Assembly (NCBI GenBank): GCA_043228905.1
Contig: JBHGNT010000001.1
Coordinates: forward strand, 27,962,001 to 28,026,000
Source of the DNA: Azolla caroliniana
Lineage: Eukaryota > Plantae > Polypodiophyta
Reading direction: 5' to 3'
DNA length: 64,000 nucleotides
Shown in pieces: positions 53,849-64,000 of this stretch. The translations under genes and the position numbers were made by a program. Numbering within the stretch: the first letter of the stretch is position 1; every line of letters begins with the position of its first letter. The notes beneath the pieces are model-generated. The model did not search any database, had not been told where the DNA came from, and saw only the letters and a program-made list of their open reading frames with translations.

Positions 53849-55588
53849 TTGGCGAAGTTCATTAGCCGACATGTGTACGAGTGGGGACAGAATGGATCAG
53901 ACATATGTGTCTTAGATCGAGCCCATACATGCCATGGCAACATTCGACCAAGATGTTCCTCCAAATGGAATGTGGATTTGGTGTCGTTACAATATGTCAA
54001 TCTTTATGTCAATCTTAAATATATAACACATATAGAAAGAAGAGATGCTCCTCGCCTAGACTCGTTGTATAAGGTTGGAAGAGATGCAAATGGGAACAAG
54101 GCTCGTGTATGTATCTATACCGAGTATTGCCGCCTCTCGCCAAGGTGGTATCACAAAAAACGTGACATGGAATCACATTTACGCAAGAAACATGGAATAG
54201 ACATAGTCCTACCACTAGGGATGCGTATAGAGGAGGGTATTCCGGAGGCATGCTTTAATAGCCATGAGTGTCAGAGATCACTCATAAGATTCATGGACCC
54301 CGAAATCAAGTACAACAGAAATCGACAAACATATATTCGGAAGTTGAAGGTTAGGGTTGTTTTGAGGTACAACTCTATTCCTGTTGAACTCCGTCTTGAC
54401 ACAAAGGCAGAGTTCGTGGCGCGATTTATGGACAACGAGATGGTCATATACGACTCCAAAAAGGATGAGCGTTTAGAGATGTTGACAAAGAAGATAGAAT
54501 CCGGTTTGGATTCTTATGTAAGTATGAGCGAAGATTTCATTTCAAATATGTTTTGGAGGGTTTATTTGCAGAATTTAGATAATAAAATGTGTCTTATTGT
54601 GGTGGAACAGTGTACAAAGGTGAGGATATCCACCCAACCGCAAGGTGTGTCCACGGATGTGGATGAGGCTCTAAACCCATTTGAGGGTAGTGTGTCCACT
54701 CCACCAAGACAAAGACGACATAAAATGCTAGGCCAACAGAAGGAGGTCAAGTCAAACACTCATGTTTATTCCCTAACATCAAATTCAAATGGCGTTGCAC
54801 CGAATGTGGCAATAGTTCAAATTCAGCATGGTAAGGGCATAATGTTATAGATCCAAACACAAAATAAACACTTTTCCAAGTAGGGTTTATGTGAAATATA
54901 AAGTAGTATCCTACTAACTTACATGGGGTGTGATATACCTACTCAAACAACATTATTTCTATGTATTCAGGTACCAGCTGACCTGCCAACGTCTCGATTT
55001 GGCCCTTGACGTTACCGAGTCAGATCTTGAGACCATGTGCAAGTGTCGTAAAATGGCATCGACGTGGACTATGACCTTATTCATGTTGTGGATGGAGTAC
55101 TCGTTACCACTCGAGGTGACAAAACACTTCATCGTCGTCGATCCACTTTGGGTGCCTCTACACCAGCAGACGATAAAGGGGTAAGCCATCCTTAAGAAGG
55201 TGGCTAAATATAATTTTATGTTCATTTCGATCGTGCTTGACGGGCATTGGGTGTTGTGGACGAAGAAGCGACAAAAAATTGCTAAGCTAACTAGCAAAGT
55301 AGTCTTCTGCGATCCATTGAACAAGGCAACAACTGACAACATGCATAGAATGGGAGAGTTGGCGATTCGAAAAATTTAATCTAAACTGTCAGACCACACC
55401 ATTGTGCCCGAGGGTCGACATCACATATTGCACATCACAACTCAGCCAAATTATTGGGATTGTGGCTTTTACATGATGAAGACTATCCAAATGTTGGTGG
55501 GGGAGTTCTTACAAAGATGGATATCTCCGACTTTTGTAAGTGTAATTGCAATGCCTTACTCATGTGGTGACATGGCACAGAGATGTGG
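53849..55588 (+). pseudogene. Inverted second copy of the zinc-finger/Ulp1 gene (right arm)
   Basis: Same protein as the left arm (MAKFISRHVYEWGQNGSD..., GHWVLW, QPNYWDCGFY) but with different inactivating changes; truncated at the junction with the UNC-50 duplicate. Confidence 0.8.
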
Positions 55589-55700
55589 TGACCAAGTATA
55601 TTTGGGGACATAATGAAATCTTAGGGAAACTTTAGGAAATAAAGAGAACTCAGATATTTCTTAATGTTTCCTCTATACAGTATAAAACAGAAATACTGAC

Positions 55701-58700
55701 GCTGCACAGTAAGCAGAAGCAACAATCATAAGCAATATGCTGCAAATCACCACAAAAGTTGGATCATCTCTTGCCCATTGATTCTTTGTTTCTGCATGAG
55801 CAAAACATAATTTAACATTTGCTTCTTTGATAGTTTTCGCAACAAGAGATTTGTGAATTGTAATTTATTAATTGTTACCACCAGTATTGCTACTATAATT
55901 TCACCAATTACTTACGTTTATGAAACTTTGTTTGTTGATATCTGAACAATCAACAGACCAAATCATCAACATAGAAATATTAGTTTTTAGAAATAGATAA
56001 TCAAATGGCTCATTAACAGATATGTTCTTTGGAAAGATACAATAATAACCTATAGAATAAAAACACAAGATTCTATAATCAAAGACAAATTGATAATTAA
56101 GGCTATGTTAAAAACAATAGTGGTTTTCATGATGTACAATATATAGCAAAAGTTGTAATAAGCTGTTTCCCACAAACTCTCAATAAAAGAAAGAAAAGTT
56201 TGGAGATAGTACGAGTGGAGCCAAAAAACTTACACAACACTCGGTGAAGTACACAACTGAAGCATCTGCCAAAATGTGTACTCTACATCCATTTGTCTCC
56301 ACTGAAAAACATGCATTTTTTTGTATTAGCCAAGTTCCATTTTATGTCCCATCCAAACTATAAAACCTTAATACAAAGCCTGACATGAACCACAGAAGCA
56401 TACACACAGTAAAGGTGGAGATCCAACTCAACTCCCAGGGATACAGAAAACATGGGCTCTCCTCCAATCCTGAGAGCTATCAGTGAAGGTGATATCCTTG
56501 ACTCTTATCAGCATTCCATACCACCAAAACATCTATTGGATACGAGACAATCATGGTCTAGAGCTTGAATTCCAGTAGTGATCACCCAATGATCAACAAA
56601 TGAGATCTAGAACCCTTTTTAAGAATGCACTCAAACAATACTAATGTTGAGCAGGATGCTACGGACACAACACCTCAGTTGAGCGTTAAATCCTTTAAAA
56701 TATGTATCCAATGCCTTTTTGTTTAACAATGGCTTTATATTATTTGTACAGGCCGAGTGAAAGCGGTGGTCAGTTAGCTACCACCCTGAGATAAGCAATC
56801 GATGATTCTCCAGAATAGGTGCCCAGTAAAATCCTTCAAAATATGCCTTGTGGCCTAGTTCTGAGAAGGTTGAAGTGAAGTAAACAAAGCAGCGGCAGCC
56901 AAGAAACTCAGCTATATCACTGAAAGATACCTAATACCATATAAGAACTCGCATTAGGCTGGCATATAAATGCCAATTAACGATACCAAAAACCCAATAA
57001 GCGTTAATGGAACCCTGCCTTTTTTCCTCAGTTGCCTAGGAAGAACTAAAACCTCTCTCTCTCCCTTTTATTTTCGTGGAGAAGTTTATCCTAGTTGGAA
57101 CCCATATTTTTAGTGATCCATATATCTTCGTTCAAATCCAGATTCAGCCTAAGTTAGGATTCGCCTGCAGATCTGATCTATTTTCAGTGTTTCACATGTT
57201 GATCCGATCTGATTTGAGGGTTTCTATAACAGATCTAATTTGTTTTCTAGGTTTTCACTAGCACACGTGAGCTACTTCTAGGGTTTTTAATCCAATGTAC
57301 AACAGATAGTTTATTGTTTCTGTTCCTTTCCTATTAACAATAACCACCTCTCCCTCTCTATGATTTAAGAAAATTAGCTTGCCATCTCTTTATCTCTGCC
57401 ACGGACACTAAAATTCTGTTGTTCTCTCTCTCTCTCTCTCTGCCCAAAAACTTAGAAAAGCATGATTGTGTCTTATACAAAGCTAATGCCATCACTACAT
57501 GGAAACATACATTGTTTGCCAATAATATGGGCCTCTAAATCCACCTATATCGTGCTGAAATGAGACTATAGCATCTGGTTATGTGTTTGAAGGCTACACC
57601 CAATCCTCGAAACTTAAATCTAGCAGCATAATAGTCACTCCCGGATCCAAAGGCACCATTCATGAATTGTGTTAGCACTCGCTCACCACTGGGTAACTTG
57701 TCATTGCTTTCGTAAGGAGCTAACTATTTGAAACTCCATGTTCATGATAAATGAGGCTGAGGCTGAGAAAATGATGACAAATCTCTTCTATAAGTAGAGG
57801 TGGATGTGGAATAAGGGATAGACTAAATGTGTCAAATAATGTAAAGAGCTCATGAACAAAGAGAGGATACAAAATGCACCCCAGACCGCACAGAAGCCTC
57901 TAGCTAATACCTTCAGTTAGGTGTTTACAAATGATATTGGTTAACCATAGAATCCCACTCATACTGAGGTGACATAGACTAGGAATTAAGGTAGGAATGA
58001 GGTAGACCAAAGCACATGGTTAGCTAGCCCTTTATATAATCATAGATCATAGGCTTATGCCCCACGCATAGGCATCCAGATTGTGGCCAGACAAACAACA
58101 TCCAGTTTGTAGTGCTAACCAACTCTTAATCAAATGTTGAGGAAATGACGTAAATTATTCTCTGTAAATTATTCTGTAATAGTGGGAGCCCTAGCTGTCT
58201 CCTATTCTATGCACCTATTTTGTAATGAAGAGGGTAGTCTACAGCAAATGACTCTGTAAAGGGATCATCCCCCTGACATTGGAGACCCTGTGGAGAGGTG
58301 GAGACTTTGCTCTATCCTGGTGTCTCTTTTTCGCCTATTTATTTATCTTGATCCTGCATTCCATTTTTTCCCTTCTCACAGATGTATTCTTAGGATGAAT
58401 GTTACTTACAGCTGCATGTATGCATTCTGTTTTTGGTCTACTATATTCTGTAAACCCCTCAAAACATACTTATTTTATTGCTAATAACAAGCAATGACAT
58501 CTGCATATTGGAGACATTAACATTGGACAACATCCACAAAAACTTCTACATTATGACCACGATGATAACATACGAAATGATGAGAATATTGATGCTAATT
58601 TGCTCCAAAATGCAGACCAGAATGCATATAATTAAATTGGGATCGTGAAAACTAGATGTACATTGTATTTTTACCTTATAAGAATACAAAAAACTGCTCC

Positions 58701-59338
58701 CAAAGTCGTTACCCATGGGTAAACTGGTAATAGTATGTGTTCTTCTATACAAAAATACTGGATTTTTCTGGGTTTTACGTATTAACTCGGGCACATGTTC
58801 AAAAATAGTGCAAAGATCTAGATTTTGATTGGTTTGAAAAAGCAATTTTTCATAAGCCTCAGGTGAATACGAGAGATTCGAGCAGTTCTAGTGACTCCCT
58901 CAAGGAATAAAATTCACTGTTTCTTCTTTTTTTCCTTCTATTGTTGTTGTTTCTCCTCCGTTTGTCAAGAGCGAAATGGCATGATGAAAAAACTACATAT
59001 TTAAAAATCATTACTTCTTTTCTCTTTATTTGTCCTTCCTGCTCTCCCAGCTCTATTTCAACTTTTATACCTAAGCATGTGCACTTTGTTTCCTTCTTTT
59101 ATCAGCAGCACAGACTCAAATCTAAGTTCTACGAAAACAAAATAGATCTATATTCTTCTCGATTTCAAATCGATCGATGCAGTCACATGATATAAGGTAC
59201 TCACCAATTAGAAAGACGAGGAAGAAAGAGACTACGAAGAAATCGTACCTTAACAATCCGACCAAGATACTGCATCAAGAGGGAGTTCTGACGGAAGCCT
59301 GAAGGTTGGCGATGCCGATTTGAGCTCGTGGGAAGCAT
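55701..59338 (-). other. UNC50: Partial UNC-50 duplicate (copy B): coding exons 1-4 only, frame and splice sites intact
   Basis: Exons 59338-59249, 56301-56234, 55941-55916 and 55791-55701. Substitutions versus copy A include Y>F, A>T and A>V. Intron 4 is fused to the MULE inverted repeat at 55589. Confidence 0.9.
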
Positions 59339-59556
59339 CGTAGCTTCAACTCTGAGTGTCTGTGAAGGGGGAGAGGTAAATACAGAGATTACAAAAACAA
59401 GTTTTTTAGCCTTATGTATGTATGTATGTATATATGTATGTATGTATGTATGTAATGTTTGTAATGTTTGTACATATGTATGTATGTATGTAGGCATGCA
59501 TGCATGTATGTATGTATGTATGAATATGTATGGATGGATGGATGGATGGATTCTCC

Positions 59557-61337
59557 TGTCTATTTGCTACCAAATCATAATGTGGGATGGCGAGGGAATC
59601 GTCGCCACATACTGTGAAGGGTGTGTTTCCGAGGGCACATGCGATCTGCATTGTCATATCTTTATCTAAAAAAGCGACCCATTATAAAATACACCTTTGG
59701 TAGCCCAGCTTATTTCCATAGGCCGACTGACTTAGGGCAGTGGCCCGCCCGACTCAAAGCAGTAGCCCGACCGACTTAGGGCAATTGCCCGACTCAAACC
59801 ATCTACAATTTGTGCTAAGGTTCAAAAACTTCTTAAGTCCAAAAAAACAAAATTTTGACATCAAGATCTTTGCATTTTAGATATATAAAATTACCACCAT
59901 TACAATAAAAACACGTGCAATTTGACTTCCCAAGGTAAAACAAAAACTTAGATATCATTTCAAACAACGTTCCATCTCATATTTGGGCCACCATGAAAAT
60001 TTCAGCCACCAAAAAATCCAATGTGCATTTTTAACATACTTGAAACTTCAAATTACACAATTTTCGAGATACAAAAAGTTTCAAAGATCACAAGCCATCC
60101 AATGTTGATTTCAAAGAGCAATAACCTCCAAAATCAAAGACCAAAAAGCTAAAAATGAAATTTGAATCCATACAAAAGTAGAGATCATGGCTCTTATGGG
60201 GAGGATGGCAAAATTCAACCACAATTTTTGCAGCAATCAACATTTGAGTGCTTTGAATTCAAGGTCAAGTCATCACAATGCAAACATCGAACCTTTCTCG
60301 ATTCCACATATTGGAAACCATCTTCTAGTCCAACTCATACCTCTCTATAGTCTTGAGTCCTGTTACTCTCTCTGAGTCATGCTACACCATTGACTTAGTA
60401 TGGGTCGAGAGATTGCTTTGAGTCAAGCTAATGCAACGAGAGAGTCATGGTAAAAAAATTAGGTGGGCGATTACAGAGAATAACGTTGGGCTATTGTGAT
60501 TTGAATGGTCGGGCTACTCAAGCTACTAGAAAGAAGATTTTATTATTGGCACCTCCCCAAACAATACCAAATTACACGCCGAAATACTATTGAGAGGTGT
60601 GGGTGGGGTTAGGAGGTGGTTGTCAATATGTGCGACTAAGAAAGGTTCAATGTTTACATTGTGATTGCTTGACCTTGGCTTCAAGGGATTCCAATGTTGA
60701 TTGCTGCAAAAAAATTTGTATTTTGTCATCATCCCCACAAGAGCCATGATCTTTACTTCTATATGGTTTCTATTTTCATTTTTAGGTTTTTGGTCTTTGA
60801 TTTTGGAGGTTATTAGTCTCTAAAATCAACATTGGATAGCTTGCAACATTTGAAACTTTTCATGTCTTAAAATTTGCATAATTTGAAGTTTCTAGTATGT
60901 TCAAAATACATTTTGAAATTTTTAGTCAATGAAAGTTTCATGGTGGCCCAAATTTGAGATGGAACAATGTTCGGAATATCTCTAATTTTTTGTTTTGGAA
61001 AGACAATTTGTCCATGTTTTTAATTTTAATGGTGGAAATTCTATATAAAACTCAAATATTTTGATGTCAGTTTTTTTTGGAAGTAGCACAAATTTTAGAC
61101 AGTTTGAGTCAAGCTACATATTCGAGTCGGGTTATTGCCTTGAGTTGTCGGGCTATTGTAGTGAGAAAGTCAAGCTACGTAAATAAGTCGAGCTATCAAA
61201 TGTGTATTTATAATGTCACGCTTTTGTAGATAAATATTTGATGGCATAATCGCACACGCACTTGGAAATGCGACATGCATCATCCGTGATCGTGATTCCC
61301 TCACTGTGCCCCATTATGATTTGGTGGCAAATAGACA
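59557..61337. mobile_element. Fold-back non-autonomous MULE derivative with ~800-bp diverged inverted arms
   Basis: TGTCTATTTGCTACCAAATCATAATG at 59557 versus CATTATGATTTGGTGGCAAATAGACA ending at 61337. Arms ~59557-60370 and ~60527-61337. Each arm contains sequence homologous to the transposase 3' end (47235-47370). Confidence 0.85.
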
Positions 61338-61918
61338 CAAGCATGATATATGTATGTGTACGTGTATGTTTGTAAGTTTGTATGTAATGTAATGTATGTT
61401 TGCTTTGACATAGACACCAATGACATTATTCATAAATTATTCACTCAAAATTGAATCGAGGCTCTTGATCGTTGGCCCCTTTGTTTGATTGCACATATAC
61501 ATCTTAGAACATGTTTCCTCTAAAGTGGTGCAATTGAAAACACAACTTCGCCAACACATAATGTAGATGGCTAAACAAATGTTTCTTAATTTAATCAAAA
61601 GCAAGCTCTAGACAAATTAGTTGCACAACGATGAAACAAGAGTTTGATTGCCATATATATTATTGTTTGTTCTCTTTGGTAAAAGGAAAAACACTTGCAA
61701 AATAAAACCAATGGCAATTTGAGAGAAACATATGTTATTAAATTTGCCAATGTGAAAATACCAAAACCTACAAGCATGAAAAAACAAAATGTTGGGGGTT
61801 TTAGTGAGTGTTTTCTCGTTATCAATTTCCTTTTTTTTCAAACAAAATACAACAAATATGGTGGTGATTTACTCTCCTCATATTGTTGGTTATGTTTCCA
61901 TTATTTAAATGCATAAAG

Positions 61919-61965
<47 letters not shown>

Positions 61966-62216
61966 TGTGGAGCAAAATATTGCTATAAGGGCTCCCATTT
62001 TTTAACCACTTTCACTCATCATTCGTGCATGCATAAAAGCAAAGTTCCACACATCCTATATGTCATTGATGTTGTAACTTGAACATGATACTTCTTCTAC
62101 TCTTGATATGGCATTGATGTTGTAGGTCAATACTTCTTAAACTAGTGTTGTCATCGTACCCACTTTGAACAATATTCACACTTCCATCAATATGACTATC
62201 CAATTTAGGGCCTAAC

Positions 62217-62656
62217 TGTTGCCATTTTGGAACACGATCCGCAGTCAGTCCTTCAACCTAGACCTCAAAGTGGGTGTGGAACAACGAACAGGGGTTTAAG
62301 CGTAATGCGTAAGGGAAGAACCCCTGTACCCTATCAACGTATAAGGGAAGACGGCTACAACCGAATCCCTATCAAGGGTTACACTTACGTACTTCAACGC
62401 TTAAGTATTCAAGACACCCACACTGAATTAGTCGTAGCTATACATAGAAAATAAGAGAAGATAGAATTCTATTATCATGCGTTTCCTTACATTCCCAGAC
62501 TTACATGCACCTCCATCAGAGGTTTTCTGCCCTTTATATATGCAGGGTCTAATTAACCGTTCACGCTCCCTTCGTGAACCGTTACATGCGTTATGCTCTT
62601 ATATAATTTCTTATTCCTACGCTTTTGTCCGTCGGTTACTATTCCGGCGGACAACA
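62217..62656. mobile_element. LTR (440 bp) of a Ty3/gypsy-like retrotransposon that extends past the window end
   Basis: TGTTG...CAACA inverted termini, TATATAAAGGG on the minus strand (62540-62530), PBS-like TGGCACGCATGTGGGAC at 62659-62675, and a GC-rich internal region following. Confidence 0.65.
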
Positions 62657-62703
62657 CTTGGCACGCATGTGGGACACTGCCTTTGCACGTCAAACCCATC
62701 CCG

Positions 62704-64000
62704 TTAATCTTCTTCCAAGATGGCCTGGATGTTCGGCTCTGTTGTGGTGACCTCGTTCGGAGGTGATGTAGGGCCCGTAGGTGCATCGTGGTGTGGCTCC
62801 TTTGTTTGGTCGGGCTGGTTTCTCTCGGCGTCGCTGTAGCCGTGTGTGGGTGGTCCGGGTACGGTGGGCTCTTCTTGAGTTAGTGGGTTGGGCTCCGCCG
62901 TTGTCGTGCTTGCATTCGGCTGCGGCTCTGCCTCCATTGTTACGTCCTCCGTGGTGTTGGCCGTTTTTGTATGTTCCTGGGAGTGGGGCGGAGATTCCAC
63001 CTAGTCCGCACCTTTCTCCACGTGGTCTGATGATAGTGTGGGCTCGTGCGGTTGGACCTCTTGTTGGGTAGTGGTTTCGCTGTCTGATCTCGTGGGGAAC
63101 TCCGCTCGTCGGTCCCCGCTATTCTCCATCGTTGTCATCTCTGGTGATCGGGCCTGAGGTTCTTCTTCTTCGGTTGTGGCCGGAATTGGCGTCGCGCTGG
63201 ATTCCTCGTTTGTGAGCGTGTTGCCGGCTTGTGTGATCTGGTGAAATAGCTCCTCCTGACTTTCACCATAATCATCTAAGAGCTGTGCGAGTTCTTCGGA
63301 GTGTTGGTCTGCTAGCGCACGATAGTCTTGCGCTAGGTCCTCCTGTACGGTCGCAATGCTCTCCTCATTTAGTTTATAGAAACCTTGACCGTCTTTTCGC
63401 CGGTTCTCCCAGTCCGCACAATACGCGTGCAATTCCGTTGCTTGGGTTGCCCACGCCATCCATCCTTTGTCCAACGCCGTTTTCAATTGCGCTGTGAACC
63501 TCTCCCGATTTGTTTGGAGAAGGATCCACACGTTATCTGTGATGGCCTGGCAACGGTTGCGTGCGTCTTCCATCGACTTCTGGAGATTTGCGATTTCCTG
63601 CTATTTAACGGTTGCCGCTTCCTCATACGTGGTCTTCAGGCCCGCCCACAGTTGGGATTCCTTTGCATGCTGTACTTCTAATTTCCCCATCTCATTGTTT
63701 AGGTGGATTTCGAGTTGATGCCTTCTGTCTTGTTCGACCACCAACTGCTCATCGAACCATACCTTCTTTTTTTCTAATAAGGCCCGAAGTCCTGCTATTG
63801 CCGCCTCCGATTTCTTTGCGTCCTCTCGTAATTGTGCGCTATCGTCCTTTGTTCGGATGTGCCGAGCTACCTCCGTAGCTAGTTTCTCTTCAAGAGTTTT
63901 TACTACCTTCCGTCCGTTAGCCCGTATCTCCTTTTCTCTGTCTCAGGATTGGCATAGTTTTGCTCGAAGACGGTCAATTTCGGATTCCGCTAGTTGCACG
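62704..64000 (-). pseudogene. Long coiled-coil ORF with a Pro/Thr/Glu-rich tail (retrotransposon extra ORF), broken by in-frame stops
   Basis: ORFs 63573-63001 and 63000-62704 are in frame across one TAG. The frame continues upstream (LEEKLATEVARHIRTKDDSAQLREDAKKSEAAIAGLRALLE) past another TAG. Confidence 0.55.

Larger units (their letters stand above)
46609..55588 (-). mobile_element. Decayed Mutator-like element (MULE) with transposase and zinc-finger/Ulp1 gene; the distal end is replaced by an inverted duplication
   Basis: Its terminus GTGTCTATTCTGCATCAAATCATAA..GGCGAGGGAATCG is shared with the TIRs of the element at 59557-61337. It also has subterminal GGTCGCCCAAC repeats and the two coding regions listed below. 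Confidence 0.85.
51304..55588. repeat. Long inverted repeat: arms ~51304-53396 and 53503-~55588 (~2.1 kb each), 106-bp loop
   Basis: ..GAGACTCAAATCCCAAT(53396) mirrors (53503)ATTGGGATTTGAGTCTC..; ORFs 52290-53051(-) and 53849-54850(+) are mirror copies. Confidence 0.97.

Noticed and set aside
46609-55588. Zisupton/KDZ transposon, suggested by SWIM plus SUMO protease
   Set aside because: The core motifs DSTFKTN..LPL and CxxH are of the Mutator type, and no KDZ CxC domains were seen
42689-59474. The 3.9-kb direct repeats as LTRs of a retrotransposon, or as a pure assembly artefact
   Set aside because: The repeats consist of UNC-50 exons and introns with no TG..CA ends or PBS. Dozens of differences and a unique junction argue against collapse artefacts, though haplotype misjoining needs long reads to exclude.

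Overview
Eukaryotic, land-plant nuclear DNA with GT-AG introns and abundant GA/CA/TATG microsatellites; a fern or other non-seed vascular plant is my guess only. I reconstructed seven spliced host genes by hand: TRAPPC5/TRS31, ITPase (Ham1), an RD21-like papain-granulin protease, a DUF2301 membrane protein, HRD1, a plastid SECE2-like gene and UNC-50. Between them are hAT-type MITEs with 8-bp TSDs, LINE 3' remnants and LTR-element remnants. The most notable part is 42.7-61.4 kb. There, the 5' coding exons of UNC-50 are duplicated as a ~3.9-kb direct repeat around a decayed Mutator-like element that carries a MULE transposase and a zinc-finger/Ulp1 protease gene. One end of that element is folded back into a ~2.1-kb inverted repeat. 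A UNC-50 transcript running on the minus strand would pass through this repeat and form a long transposon hairpin, as the maize Mu killer locus does. A related fold-back non-autonomous element sits at the equivalent (TATG)n site of the second copy. All structure was read by eye; expression and function are inference.
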